Shown in pieces: positions 16,850-34,700 of a stretch of 64,000 bases of DNA (position 1 is the first letter of the stretch; the number at the start of each line of letters is the position of its first letter). The translations under genes were made by a program, and so were the position numbers. This stretch comes from Eledone cirrhosa (Eukaryota), in NCBI GenBank assembly GCA_964016885.1, contig OZ024755.1, positions 44,144,001 through 44,208,000 of the forward strand, written 5' to 3'. Under the pieces are notes generated by a model, which was given only the letters and a program-made list of their open reading frames with translations, searched no databases and was not told the DNA's origin.

Positions 16850-19330
16850 GTGTACCACAGTTGACAGTACCAACATATACTGTGTACCATAGTTGACAGT
16901 ACCAACATATCCTGTGTACCTCAGTTGTCAGTACCAACATATACTGTATACCACAGTTGACAGTACCAACATATACTGTGTACCACTGTTGACAGTACCA
17001 ACATATACCGTGTACCACAGTTGACAGTACCAACATATACTGTGTACCACAGCTGACACTACCAACATATACTTGTACCTCAATTGACAGTACTACCATA
17101 TATTGTGTACCACCGTTGACAATACCAACGTATACTGTGTACCACAGTTGACAGTACCAACGTATACTGTGCACCACAGTTGACAGTACCAACATATACT
17201 GTGTACCACAGTTGACAATACCAACATATACTGTGTACCACAGTTGACAATACCAACACATATAGTGTACCACAGTTGACAGTACCAACGTATACTGTGT
17301 ACCACAGTTGCGAATGCCAACATATACTGTGTACCACAGTTGAGAGTACCAACATGTACCGTGTACCACAGTTGACACTACCAACGTATACTGTGTACCA
17401 CAGTTGACAATACCAACATATACTGTGTACAACAGTTGACAGTACCAACATATACTGTGTACCACAGTTGAAAGTACCAACGTATACTGTGTACCACAGT
17501 TGACAACACCAACATATACTGTGTACCACAGTTGACAGTACCAACATATACTGTATACCACAGTTGACAGTACCAACATATACTGTGTACCACAGTTGAC
17601 AGTACCAACATATACTGTGTACCACAGTTGACAGTACCAACATATACTGTATACCACAGTTGACAGTACCAACATATACTGTGTACCACTGTTGACAGTA
17701 CCAACATATACCGTGTACCACAGTTGACAGTACCAACATATACTGTGTACCACAGCTGACACTACCAACATATACTTGTACCTCAGTTGACAGTATTACC
17801 ATATATTGTGTACCACCGTTGACAATACCAACGTATACTGTGTACCACAGTTGACAGTACCAACGTATACTGTGCACCACAGTTGACAGTACCAAAATAT
17901 ACTGTGTACCACAGTTGACAATACCAACATATACTGTGTACCACAGTTGACAATACCAACACATATAGTGTACCACAGTTGACAGTACCAACGTATACTG
18001 TGTACCACAGTTGCCAATGCCAACATATACTGTGTACCACAGTTGAGAGTACCAACATATACTGTGTACCACAGTTGACAGTACCAACATATACTGTGTA
18101 CCACAGTTGACAGTACCAACATATACTGTGTACCACAGTTGACAGTACCAATGTATACTGTGTACCACAGTTGACAGTACCAACATATACTGTGTACCAC
18201 AGTTGACAGTACCAACATATACTGTGTACCATAGTTGACATTACCAACGTATATTGTGTTCCACAGTTGACAGTACCAACATGTACTGTGTACCACAGTT
18301 GACAGTACCAACGTATACTGTGTACCACAGTTGACAGTACCAACGTATACTGTGTACCACAGTTGACAGTACCAACATATAATGTGTACCACAGTTGACA
18401 GTACCATCATATACTGTGTACCACAGTTGACAGTACCAACATATATTGTGTACCACAGTTGACAGTACCAACATATACTGTGTACCATAGTTGACATTAC
18501 CAACGTATATTGTGTACCACAGTTGACAGTACCAACATATCCTGTGTACCTCAGTTGACAGTACCATCATATACTGTATACCACAGTTGACAGTACCAAC
18601 ATATACTGTGTACCACTGTTGACAGTACCAATATATACCGTGTACCACAGTTGACAGTACCAACATATACTGTGTACCACAGCTGACACTACCAACATAT
18701 ACTTGTACCTCAGTTGACAGTACTACCATATATTGTGTACCATCGTTGACAATACCAACGTATACTGTGTACCACAGTTGACAGTACCAACGTATACTGT
18801 GCACCACAGTTGACAGTACCAACATATACTGTGTACCACAGTTGACAATACCAACATATACTGTGTACCACATTTGACAATACCAACACATATAGTGTAC
18901 CACAGTTGACAGTACCAACGTATATTGTGTACCACAGTTGCCAATGCCAACATATACTTTGTACCACAGTTGAGAGTACCAACATGTAACGTGTACCACA
19001 GTTGACAGTACCAACGTATACTGTGTACCACAGTTGACAATACCAACATATACTGTGTACCACAGTTGACAGTACCAACATATACTGTGTACCACAGTTG
19101 AAAGTACCAACGTATACTGTGTACCACAGTTGACAACACCAACATATACTGTGTATCACAGTTGACAGTACCAACATATACTGTATACCACAGTTGACAG
19201 TACCAACATATACTGTGTACCACAGTTGACAGTACCAACATATACTGTGTACCACAGTTGATAGTACCAACATATACTGTATACCACAGTTGACAGTACC
19301 AACATATACTGTGTACCACTGTTGACAGTA
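16850..19330. repeat. Approximately 2.5 kb block copied at +12,663 (about 29,510-31,990), and again within the 9.5 kb duplication
   Basis: ORF coordinates 17080/29743, 17783/30446 and 18710/31373 are all offset by 12,663. Shared variants TTGCGAATGCC and GTACAACAGTTG. Confidence 0.8.
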
Positions 19331-22300
19331 CCAACATATACTGTGTACCCTAGTTGACATTACCAACGTATATTGTGTACCACAGTTGACAGTACCAACA
19401 TGTACTGTGTACCACAGTTGACAGTACCAACGTATACTGTGTACCACAGTTGACAGTACCAACGTATACTGTGTACCACAGTTGACAGTACCAACGTATA
19501 CTGTGTACCACAGTTGACAGTACCAACGTATACTGTGCACCACAGTTGAGAGTACCAACATATACTGTGTAACACAGTTGACAATACCAACATATACTGT
19601 GTACCACAGTTGACAATACCAACACATATAGTGTACCACAGTTGACAGTACCAACGTATACTGTGTACCACAGTTGCCAATGCCATCATATACTGTGTAC
19701 CGCAGTTGAGAGTAACAACATATACTGTGTACCACAGTTGACAGTACCAACATATACTGTGTACCACAGTTGACAGTACCAACATATACTGTGTACCACA
19801 GTTGACAGTACCAATGTATACTGTGTACCACAGTTGACAGTACCAACATATACTGTGTACCACAGTTGACAGTACCAACATATACTGTGTACCCTAGTTG
19901 ACATTACCAACGTATATTGTGTACCACAGTTGACAGTACCAACATGTACTGTGTACCACAGTTGACAGTACCAACGTATACTGTGTACCACAGTTGACAG
20001 TACCAACGTATACTGTGTACCACAGTTGACAGTACCAACATATAACGTGTACCACAGTTGGCAGTACCATCATATACTCTGTACCACAGTTGACAGTACC
20101 AACATATATCGTGTACCACAGTTAACAGTACCAACATATACTGTGTACCATAGTTGACATTACCAACGTATATTGTGTACCACAGTTGACAGTACCAACA
20201 TACACCGTGTACAACAGTTGACAGTACCAACATATACTGTGTACCACAGTTGCGAGTACCAACATAAACTGTGTACCACAGTTGACAGTACCAACATATA
20301 CTGTGTACCACAGTTGACAGTACCAACATATACTGTGTACCACTGTTGACAGTACCAACATATACCGTGTACCACAGTTGACAGTACCAACATATACTGT
20401 GTACCTCAGTTAACAGTACCCACATATACTGTGTACCACAGTTGACAGTATAAACATATACTGTGTACCACAGTTGACAGTACCATCATATACTTTGTAC
20501 CACAGTTAACAGTACCAACATATACTGTGTACCACAGTTGACAGTACCAACGTATACTGTCTACCACAGTTGACAGTACCAACATATACTGTGTACCACA
20601 GTTGACAGTACCATCATATACATTGTACCTCAGTTGACAGTACCAACATATACTGTGTACCACAGTTGACAGTACCAACATATACTGTGTACAACAGCTG
20701 ACACTACCAACATATACTTGTACCTCAGTTGACAGTACTAACATATACTATGTACCACAGTTGACAGTACCAACATATACTGTGTACCACAGTTGACAGT
20801 ACCAACATATACTGTGTACCACAGTTGACAGTACCAACATATACTCGGTGCCACTTTTCACAGTACCAACATATACTGTGTACCACAGTTGACAATACCA
20901 ACGTATACTGTGTACCACATTTGACAGTACCAACGTATACTGTGTACCACAGTTGACAGTACCAACATATACTGTGTACCACAGTTGACAGTACCAACAT
21001 ATACTGTGTACCACAGTTGACAGTACTAACATATACTGTGTACTACAGTTGACAGTACCAACATATACTGTGTACCACAGTTGACAGTACCAACATGTAC
21101 TGTGTACCACAGTTGACAGTACCAACATATACTGTGTACCACAGTTGGCAGTACCAACATATACAGTGTACCACAGTTGACAGTACCAACATATACTGTG
21201 TACCACATTTGACAGTACCAACATATACTGTGTACCACAGTTGACAGTACCAACATGTACCGTGAACCACAGTTGACAGTACCAACATATACTGTGTACC
21301 ACAGTTGAGAGTACCAACGTATAGTGTGTACCACAGTTGACAGTACCAACATATACTGTGTACCACAGTTGACAGTACCAACATATACTGTGTACCACAG
21401 TTCACAGTACCAAAGTATACTGTGTACCACATTTGACAGTACCAACATATACTGTGTACCACAGTTGACAGTACCAACATATACTGTGTACCACTGTTGA
21501 CTATACCAACATATACTGTGTACCACATTTGACTGTACCAACATATACTGTGTACCACTGTTGACAGTACCAACATATACTGTGTACCACAGTTGACAGT
21601 ACCAACGTATACTGTGTATCACAGTTGACAATACAAACATATACTGTGTACCACAGTTGACAGTACCAACATATACTGTGTACCACAGTTGACAGTACCA
21701 ACGTATACTGTGTACCACAGTTAACAGTACCAACGTATACTGGGTACCACATTTGACAGTACCAACATATACTGTGTACCACAGTTGACAGTACCAACGT
21801 ATAGTGTGTACCACAATTGACGATACCAACATATACTGTGTACCACAGTTGACAGTACCAACATATACTGTATACCACAGTTGACAGTACCGACATATAC
21901 TGTGTACCACAGTTGACAATACCAACATATACTTTGTACCACGGTTGACAGTACCAACGTATACTTTGTACCACTGTTGACAATATCAACATATACTGTG
22001 TACCACAGTTGTCATTACCAACATATACAGTGTACCACAGTTGACAGTACCAACATATACTGGTTACCACAGTTGACAGTACCAACATATACTGTGTACC
22101 ACAGTTGACAGTACCAACATGTACCGTGAACCACAGTTGACAGTACCAACGTATACTGTGTACCACAGTTGAATGTACCAGAGTATAGTGTGTACCACAC
22201 TTGACAGTCCCAACATATTCTGTATACCACAGTTGACAGTACCAACATATACTGTGTACCACTGTTGACAGTACCAACATATACAGTGTACCACTGTTGA

Positions 22301-25300
22301 CAGTACCAACATATACCGTGTACCACAGTTGACAGTACCAACATATACTGTGTACCACAGTTGAGACTACCAACATATACTGGGTACGACTGTTGACAGT
22401 AACAACATATACTATGTACCACAGTTGACAGTACCAACATATACTGTGTACCACAGTTGACAGTACCAACGTATACTGTGTACCACAGTTGACAGTACCA
22501 ACGTATACTGGGTACCACATTTGACACTACCAACATATACTGTGTACCACAGTTGACAGTACCAACGTATACTGTGTACCACAGTTGACGATACCAACAT
22601 ATACTGTGTACCACAGTTGACAGTACCAACATATACTGTATACCACAGTTGACAGTACCGACATATACTGTGTACCACAGTTGACAATACCAACATATAC
22701 TTTGTACCACGGTTGACAGTACCAACGTATACTGTGTACCACTGTTGACAATATCAACATATACTGTGTACCACAGTTGACATTACCAACATATACAGTG
22801 TACCACAGTTGACAGTAGCAACATATACTGTGTACCACAGTTGACAGTACCAACATATACTGTGTACCACAGTTGACAGTACCAACATATACTGTGTACC
22901 ATAGTTGATAGTACCAACGTATATTGTGTACCACAGTTGAGAGTACCAACATACACCGTGTACGACAGTTGACAGTAAAAACATATACCGTGTACCACAG
23001 TTGAGAGTACCAACATAAACTGTGTACCACAGTTGACAGTACCAACATATACTGTGTACCACAGTTGACAGTACCAACATATACTGTGTACCACAGTTGA
23101 CAGTACCAACATATACTGTATACCACAGTTGACAGTACCAACATATACTGTGTACCACAGTTGACAGTACCAACATATACTGTGTACCACAGTTGACAGT
23201 ACCAACATATACTGTGTACCACAGTTGACAGTACTAACATATACTGTGTACTACAGTTGACAGTACCAACATATATTGTGTACCACAGTTGACAGTACCA
23301 ACATATACTGTGTACCACAGTTGGCAGTACCAACATATAATGTGTACCTCAGTTGACAGTACCAACATATACTGTGTACCACAGTTGACAGTACCAACGT
23401 ATACTGTGTACCACAGTTGACAGTACCAACGTATACTGTGTACCACAGTTGACAGTACCAATATATACTGTGTAACACAGTTGACAATACCAACATATAA
23501 TGTGTACCACAGTTGACAGTACCAACGTATACTGTGAACCACTGTTGGCAATACCAACATATACTGTGTACTACAGTTGACAGAACCAACATACACAGTG
23601 TACCACGGTTGACAGTACCAACATATACTGTGTACCACAGTTGACAGTACCAACATATACTGTGTACCACAGTTGACAGAACCAACATGTACCGTGAACC
23701 ACAGTTGACAGTACCAACGTATACTGTGTACCACAGTTGAGAGTACCAACGTATAGTGTGCACCACAGTTGACAGTACCAACATATACTGTGTACCACAG
23801 TTGACAGTACCAACATATACTGTGTACCACAGTTCACAGTACCAACGTATACTGTGTACCACATTTGACAGTACCAACATATACTGTGTACCACAGTTGA
23901 CAGTACCAACATATACTGTGTACCACTTTTGACAGTACCAACATATACCGTGTATCACATTTGACAGTACCAACATATACTGTGTACCACTGTTGACAGT
24001 ACCAACGTATACTGTGTACCACAGTTGACAATACCAACATATACTGTGTACCACAGTTGACAGTACCAACATATACTGTGTACCACAGTTGAAAGTACCA
24101 ACGTATACTGTGTACCACAGTTGACAACACCAACATATACTGTGTACCACAGTTGACAGTACCAACACATACTGTATACCACAGTTGACAGTACCAACAT
24201 ATACTGTGTACCACAGTTGACAGTACCAACATATACTGTGTACCACAGTTGACAGTACCAACATATACTGTATACCAGAGTTGACAGTACCAACATATAC
24301 TGTGTACCACTGTTGACAGTACCAACATATACAGTGTACCACAGTTGACATTACCAACATATACTGTGTACCACAGCTGACAATACCAACATATACTTGT
24401 ACCTCAGTTGACAGTACTACCATATATTGTGTACCACCTTTGACAATACCAACGGATACTGTGTACCACAGTTGACAGTACCAACGTATACTGTGCACCA
24501 CAGTTGACAGTACCAACATATACTGTGTACCACAGTTGACAATACCAACATATACTGTGTACCACAGTTGACAATACCAACACATATAGTGTACCACAGT
24601 TGACAATACCAACACATATAGTGTACCACAGTTGACAGTACCAACGTATACTGTGTACCACAGTTGCCAATGCCAACATATACTGTGTGCCTCAGTTGAG
24701 AGTACCAACATGTACCGTGTACCACAGTTAAGAGTACCAACGTATACTGTGTACCACAGTTGACAGTACCAACGTATACTGTTTACCACAGTTGACAATA
24801 CCAACATATACTCTGTACCAGAGTTGACAGTACCCACATATACTGTGTACCACAGTTGACAGTTCCAACATTTAAGGTGTACCACTGTTGATACTACCGA
24901 CATATACTGTGTAGCACAGTTGACAGTACTAACATATACTGTGTACCACAGTTGAGAGTACCACCATATACTGGGTACCACTGTTGACAGTACCAACATA
25001 TACTGTGTACCACAGCTGACACTACCAACATATACTTGTACCTCAGTTGACAGTATTACCATATATTGTGTACCACCGTTGACAATACCAACGTATACTG
25101 TGTACCACAGTTGACAGTACCAACGTATACTGTGCACCACAGTTGACAGTACCAAAATATACTGTGTACCACAGTTGACAATACCAACATATACTGTGTA
25201 CCACAGTTGACAATACCAACACATATAGTGTACCACAGTTGACAGTACAAACGTATACTGTGTACCACAGTTGCCAATGCCAACATATACTGTGTACCAC

Positions 25301-28300
25301 AGTTGAGAGTACCAACATATACTGTGTACCACAGTTGACAGTACCAACATATACTGTGTACCACAGTTGACAGTACCAACATATACTGTGTACCACAGTT
25401 GACAGTACCAATGTATACTGTGTACCACAGTTGACAGTACCAACATATACTGTGTACCACAATTGACAGTACCAACATATACTGTGTACCATAGTTGACA
25501 TTACCAACGTATATTGTGTTCCACAGTTGACAGTACCAACATGTACTGTGTACCACAGTTGACAGTACCAACGTATACTGTGTACCACAGTTGACAGTAC
25601 CAACGTATACTGTGTACCACAGTTGACAGTACCAACATATACTGTGTACCACAGTTGACAGTACCATCATATACTGTGTACCACAGTTGACAGTACCAAC
25701 ATATCCTGTGTACCTCAGTTGACAGTACCAACATATACTGTATACCACAGTTGACAGTACCAACATATACTGTGTACCACTGTTGAGAGTACCAATATAT
25801 ACCGTGTACCACAGTTGACAGTACCAACATATACTGTGTACCACAGCTGACACTACCAACATATACTTGTACCTCAGTTGACAGTACTACCATATATTGT
25901 GTACCACCGTTGACAATACCAACGTATACTGTGTACCACAGTTGACAGTACCAACGTATACTGTGCACCACAGTTGACAGTACCAACATATACTGTGTAC
26001 CACAGTTGACAATACCAACATATATTGTGTACCACAGTTGACAATACCAACACATATAGTGTACCACAGTTGACAGTACCAACGTATATTGTGTACCACA
26101 GTTGCCAATGCCAACATATACTGTGTACCACAGTTGAGAGTACCAACATGTACCGTGTACCACAGTTGACAGTACCAACGTATACTGTGTACAACAGTTG
26201 ACAATACCAACATATACTGTGTACCACAGTTGACAGTACCAACATATACTGTGTACCCTAGTTGAAAGTACCAACGTATACTGTGTACCACAGTTGACAA
26301 CACCAACATATACTGTGTATCACAGTTGACAGTACCAACATATACTGTATACCACATTTGACAGTACCAACATATACTGTGTACCACAGTTGACAGTACC
26401 AACGTATACTGTGTACCACAGTTGCGAATGCCAACATATACTGTGTACCACAGTTGAGAGTACCAACATGTACCGTGTACCACAGTTGACACTACCAACG
26501 TATACTGTGTACCACAGTTGACAATACCAACATATACTGTGTACCACAGTTGACAGTACCAACATATACTGTGTACCACAGTTGAAAGTACCAACGTATA
26601 CTGTGTACCACAGTTGACAACACCAACATATACTGTGTACCACAGTTGACAGTACCAACATATACTGTATACCACAGTTGACAGTACCAACATATACTGT
26701 GTACCACAGTTGACAGTACCAACATATACTGTGTACCACAGTTGACAGTACCAACATATACTGTATACCACAGTTGACAGTACCAACATATACTGTGTAC
26801 CACTGTTGACAGTACCAACATATACCATGTACCACAGTTGACAGTACCAACATATACTGTGTACCACAGCTGACACTACCAACATATACTTGTACCTCAG
26901 TTGACAGTATTACCATATATTGTGTACCACCGTTGACAATACCAACGTATACTGTGTACCACAGTTGACAGTACCAACGTATACTGTGCACCACAGTTGA
27001 CAGTACCAAAATATACTGTGTACCACAGTTGACAATACCAACATATACTGTGTACCACAGTTGACAATACCAACACATATAGTGTACCACAGTTGACAGT
27101 ACCAACATATACTGTGTACCACAGTTGCCAATGCCAACATATACTGTGTACCACAGTTGAGAGTACCAACATATACTGTGTACCACAGTTGACAGTACCA
27201 ACATATACTGTGTACCACAGTTGACAGTACCAACATATACTGTGTACCACAGTTGACAGTACCAATGTATACTGTGTACCACAGTTGACAGTACCAACAT
27301 ATACTGTGTACCACAGTTGACAATATCAACATATACTGTGTACCATAGTTGACATTACCAACGTATATTGTGTTCCACAGTTGACAGTACCAACATGTAC
27401 TGTGTACCATAGTTGACAGTACCAACGTATACTGTGTACCACAGTTGACAGTACCAACGTATACTGTGTACCACAGTTGACAGTACCAACATATAATGTG
27501 TACCACAGTTGACAGTACCATCATATACTGTGTACCACAGTTGACAGTACCAACATATATTGTGTACCACAGTTGACAGTACCAACATATACTGTGTACC
27601 ATAGTTGACATTACCAACGTATAATGTGTACCACAGTTGACGGTACCAACATATCCTGTGTACCTCAGTTGACAGTACCATCATATACTGTATACCACAG
27701 TTGACAGTACCAACATATACTGTGTACCACTGTTGACAGTACCAATATATACCGTGTACCACAGTTGACAGTACCAACATATACTGTGTACCACAGCTGA
27801 CACTACCAACATATACTTGTACCTCAGTTGACAGTACTACCATATATTGTGTACCACCGTTGACAATACCAACGTATACTGTGTACCACAGTTGACAGTA
27901 CCAACGTATACTGTGCACCACAGTTGACAGTACCAACATATACTGTGTACCACAGTTGACAGTACCAACATATACTGTGTACCACAGTTGAGAGTACCAA
28001 CATATACTGTATACCACAGTTGACAGTACCAACATATACTGTGTACCACTGTTGACAGTACCAACATATACTGTGTACCCTAGTTGACATTACCAACGTA
28101 TATTGTGTACCATAGTTGACAGTAGCAACATCTACTGTGTACCACAGTTGACAGTAACAACGTATACTGTGTACCACAGTTGACAGTACCAACGTATACT
28201 GTGTACCACAGTTGACAGTACCAACGTATACTGTGCACCACAGTTGACAGTACCAACATATACTGTGTACCACAGTTGACAATACCAACATATACTGTGT

Positions 28301-28734
28301 ACCACAGTTGACAATACCAACACATATAGTGTACCACAGTTGACAGTACCAACGTATACTGTGTACCACAGTTGCCAATGCCATCATATACTGTGTACCA
28401 CAGTTGAGAGTAACAACATATACAGTGTACCACAGTTGACAGTACCAACATATACTGTGTACCACAGTTGACAGTACCAACATATACTGTGTGCCACAGT
28501 TGACAGTACCAATGTATACTGTGTACCACAGTTGACAGTACCAACATATACTGTGTACCACAGTTGACAGTACCAACATATACTGTGTACCCTAGTTGAC
28601 ATTACCAACGTATATTGTGTACCACAGTTGACAGTACCAACATGTACTGTGTACCACAGTTGACAGTACCAACGTATACTGTGTACCACAGTTGACAGTA
28701 TCAACGTATACTGTGTACCACAGTTGACAGTACC

Positions 28735-31700
28735 AACATATAACGTGTACCACAGTTGGCAGTACCATCATATACTCTGTACCACAGTTGACAGTACCAA
28801 CATATATCGTGTACCACAGTTGACAGTACCAACATATACTGTGTACCATAGTTGACATTACCAACGTATATTGTGTACCACAGTTGACAGTACCAACATA
28901 CACCGTGTACAACAGTTGACAGTACCAACATATACTGTGTACCACAGTTGCGAGTACCAACATAAACTGTGTACCACAGTTGACAGTACCAACATATACT
29001 GTGTACCACAGTTGACAGTACCAACATATACTGTATACCACAGTTGACAGTACCAACATATACTGTGTACCACAGTTGACAGTACCAACATATACTGTGT
29101 ACCTCAGTTAACAGTACCCACATATACTGTGTACCACAGTTGACAGTATAAACATATACTGTGTACCACAGTTGACAGTACCATCATATACTTTGTACCA
29201 CAGTTAACAGTACCAACATATACTGTGTACCACAGTTGACAGTACCAACGTATACTGTCTACCACAGTTGACAGTACCAACGTATACTGTTTACCACAGT
29301 TGACAATACCAACATATACTGTGTACCAGAGTTGACAGTACCCACATATACTGTGTACCACAGTTGACAGTTCCAACATATAAGGTGTACCACTGTTGAT
29401 ACTACCGACATATACTGTGTAGCACAGTTGACAGTACTAACATATACTGTGTACCACGGTTGAGAGTACCACCATATACTGGGTACCACTGTTGACAGTA
29501 CCAACATATACTGTGTACCACAGTTGACAGTACCAACATATACTGTGTACCATAGTTGACAGTACCAACATATCCTGTGTACCTCAGTTGTCAGTACCAA
29601 CATATACTGTATACCACAGTTGACAGTACCAACATATACTGTGTACCACTGTTGACAGTACCAACATATACCGTGTACCACAGTTGACAGTACCAACATA
29701 TACTGTGTACCACAGCTGACACTACCAACATATACTTGTACCTCAACTGACAGTACTACCATATATTGTGTACCACCGTTGACAATACCAACGTATACTG
29801 TGTACCACAGTTGACAATACCAACGTATACTGTGCACCAGAGTTGACAGTACCAACATATACTGTGTACCACAGTTGACAATACCAACATATACTGTGTA
29901 CCACAGTTGACAATACCAACACATATAGTGTACCACAGTTGACAGTACCAACGTATACTGTGTACCACAGTTGCGAATGCCAACATATACTGTGTACCAC
30001 AGTTGAGAGTACCAACATGTACCGTGTACCACAGTTGACACTACCAACGTATACTGTGTACCACAGTTGACAATACCAACATATACTGTGTACAACAGTT
30101 GACAGTACCAACATATACTGTGTACCACAGTTGAAAGTACCAACGTATACTGTGTACCACAGTTGACAACACCAACATATACTGTGTACCACAGTTGACA
30201 GTACCAACATATACTGTATACCACAGTTGACAGTACCAACATATACTGTGTACCACAGTTGACGGTACCAACATATACTGTGTACCACAGTTGACAGTAC
30301 CAACATATACTGTATACCACAGTTGACAGTACCAACATATACTGTGTACCACTGTTGACAATACCAACATATACCGTGTACCACAGTTGACAGTACCAAC
30401 ATATACTGTGTACCACATCTGACACTACCAACATATACTTGTACCTCAGTTGACAGTATTACCATATATTGTGTACCACCGTTGACAATACCAACGTATA
30501 CTGTGTGCCACAGTTGACAGTACCAACGTATACTGTGCACCACAGTTGACAGTACCAAAATATACTGTGTACCACAGTTGACAATACCAACATATACTGT
30601 GTACCACAGTTGACAATACCAACACATATAGTGTACCACAGTTGACAGTACCAACGTATACTGTGTACCACAGTTGCCAATGCCAACATATACTGTGTAC
30701 CACAGTTGAGAGTACCAACATATACTGTGTACCACAGTTGACAGTACCAACATATACTGTGTACCACAGTTGACAGTACCAACATATACTGTGTACCACA
30801 GTTGACAGTACCAATGTATACTGTGTACCACAGTTGACAGTACCAACATATACTGTGTACCACAGTTGACAGTACCAACATATACTGTGTACCATAGTTG
30901 ACATTACGAACGTATATTGTGTTCCACAGTTGACAGTACCAACATGTACTGTGTACCACAGTTGACAGTACCAACGTATACTGTGTACCACAGTTGACAG
31001 TACCAACGTATACTGTGTACCACAGTTGACAGTACCAACATATAATGTGTACCACAGTTGACAGTACCATCATATACTGTGTACCACAGTTGACAGTACC
31101 AACATATATTGTGTACCACAGTTGACAGTACCAACATATACTGTGTACCATAGTTGACATTACCAACGTATATTGTGTACCACAGTTGACAGTACCAACA
31201 TATACTGTGTACCTCAGTTGACAGTACCATCATATACTGTATACCACAGTTGACAGTACCAACATATACTGTGTACCACTGTTGACAGTACCAATATATA
31301 CCGTGTACCACAGTTGACAGTACCAACATATACTGTGTACCACAGCTGACACTACCAACATATACTTGTACCTCAGTTGACAGTACTACCATATATTGTG
31401 TACCACCGTTGACAATACCAACGTATACTGTGTACCACAGTTGACAGTACCAACGTATACTGTGCACCACAGTTGACAGTACCAACATATACTGTGTACC
31501 ACAGTTGACAATACCAACATATACTGTGTACCACAGTTGACAATACCAACACATATAGTGTACCACAGTTGACAGTACCAACGTATATTGTGTACCACAG
31601 TTGCCAATGCCAACATATACTGTGTACCACAGTTGAGAGTACCAACATGTAACGTGTACCACAGTTGACAGTACCAACGTATACTGTGTACCACAGTTGA

Positions 31701-34700
31701 CAATACCAACATATACTGTGTACCACAGTTGACAGTACCAACATATACTGTGTACCACAGTTGAAAGTACCAACGTATACTGTGTACCACAGTTGACAAC
31801 ACCAACATATACTGTGTATCACAGTTGACAGTACCAACATATACTGTATACCACAGTTGACAGTACCAACATATACTGTGTACCACAGTTGACAGTACCA
31901 ACATATACTGTGTACCACAGTTGACAGTACCAACATATACTGTATACCACAGTTGACAGTACCAACATATACTGTGTACCACTGTTGACAGTACCAACAT
32001 ATACTGTGTACCACAGTTGACAGTACCAACGTATACTGTGTACCACAGTTGACAGTACCAACGTATACTGTGCACCACAGTTGACAGTACCAACATATAC
32101 TGTGTACCACAGTTGACAATACCAACACATACTGTGTACCACAGTTGACAATACCAACACATATAGTGTACCACAGTTGACAGTACCAACGTATACTGTG
32201 TACCACAGTTGCCAATGCCAACATATACTGTGTACCACAGTTGAGAGTACCAACATGTACCGTGTACCACAGTTGACACTACCAACGTATACTGTGTACC
32301 ACAGTTGACAATACCAACATATACTGTGTACCACAGTTGACAGTACCAACATATACTGTGTACCACAGTTGAAAGTACCAACGTATACTGTGTACCACAG
32401 TTGACAACACCAACATATACTGTGTACCACAGTTGACAGTACCAACATATACTGTATACCACAGTTGACAGTACCAACATATACTGTGTACCACAGTTGA
32501 CAGTACCAACATATACTGTGTACCACAGTTGACAGTACCAACATATACTGTATACCACAGTTGACAGTACCAACATATACAGTGTACCACTGTTGACAGT
32601 ACCAACATATACCGTGTACCACAGTTGACAGTACCAACATATACTGTGTACCACAGCTGACACTACCAACATATACTTGTACCTCAGTTGACAGTATTAC
32701 CATATATTGTGTACCACCGTTGACAATACCAACGTATACTGTGTACCACAGTTGACAGTACCAACGTATACTGTGCACCACAGTTGACAGTACCAAAATA
32801 TACTGTGTACCACAGTTGACAATACCAACATATACTGTGTACCACAGTTGACAATACCAACACATGTAGTGTACCACAGTTGACAGTACCAACGTATACT
32901 GTGTACCACAGTTGCCAATGCCAACATATACTGTGTACCACAGTTGAGAGTACCAACATATACTGTGTACCACAGTTGACAGTACCAACATATACTGTGT
33001 ACCACAGTTGACAGTACCAACATATACTGTGTACCACAGTTGACAGTACCAACATATACTGTGTACCACAGTTGACAGTACCAATGTATATGTGTACCAC
33101 AGTTGACAGTACCAACGTATACTGTGCACCACAGTTGACAGTACCAACATATACTGTGTACCACAGTTGACAATACCAACATATACTGTGTACCACAGTT
33201 GACAATACCAACACATATGGTGTACCACAGTTGACAGTACCAACGTATACTGTGTACCACAGTTGCCAATGCCATCATATACTGTGTACCACAGTTGAGA
33301 GTAACAACATATACTGTGTACCACAGTTGACAGTACCAACATATACTGTGTACCACAGTTGACAGTACCAACATATACTGTGTACCACAGTTGACAGTAC
33401 CAATGTATACTGTGTACCACAGTTGACAGTACCAACATATAGTGTGTACCACAGTTGACAGTACCAACATATACTGTGTACCATAGTTGACATTACCAAC
33501 GTATACTGTGTACCACAGTTGACAGTACCAACATATACTGTGTACCATAGTTGACATTACCAACGTATATTGTGTACCACAGTTGACAGTACCAACATAT
33601 ACTGTGTACCACAGTTGACAGTACCAACATATACTGTGTACCATAGTTGACAGTACCAACGTATACTGTGTACCACAGTTGACAGTACCAACATATACTG
33701 TGTACCACAGTTGACAGTACCATCATATACTGTGTACCACAGTTGACAGTACCAACATATATTGTGTACCACAGTTGACAATACCAACATATATTCTGTA
33801 CCACGGTTGACAGTACCAATGTATACTGTGTACCACAGTTGACAGTACCAACATATACTGTGTACCACAGTTGACAGTACCAACATATACTGTGTACCAT
33901 AGTTGACATTACCAACGTATATTGTGTTCCACAGTTGACAGTACCAACATGTACTGTGTACCACAGTTGACAGTACCAACGTATACTGTGTACCACAGTT
34001 GACAGTACCATCATATACTGTGTACCACAGTTGACAGTACCAACATATATTGTGTACCACAGTTGACAGTACCAACATATACTGTGTACCATAGTTGACA
34101 TTACCAACGTATATTGTGTACCACAGTTGACAGTACCAACATATCCTGTGTACCTCAGTTGACAGTACCAACATATACTGTATACCACAGTTGACAGTAC
34201 CAACATATAATGTGTACCACTGTTGACAGTACCAATATATACCGTGTACCACAGTTGACAGTACCAACATATACTCTGTACCACAGCTGACACTACCAAC
34301 ATATACTTGTACCTCAGTTGACAGTACTAGCATATATTGTGTACCACCGTTGACAATACCAACGTATACTGTGTACCACAGTTGACAGTACCAACGTATA
34401 CTGTGCACCACAGTTGACAGTACCGACATATACTGTGTACCACAGTTGACAATACCAACATATACTTTGTACCACGGTTGACAGTACCAACGTATACTGT
34501 GTACCACTGTTGACAATATCAACATATACTGTGTACCACAGTTGACATTACCAACATATACAGTGTACCACAGTTGACAGTAGCAACATATACTGTGTAC
34601 CACAGTTGACAGTACCAACATATACTGTGTATCACAGTTGACAGTACCAACATATACTGTGTACCATAGTTGATAGTACCAACGTATATTGTGTACCACA

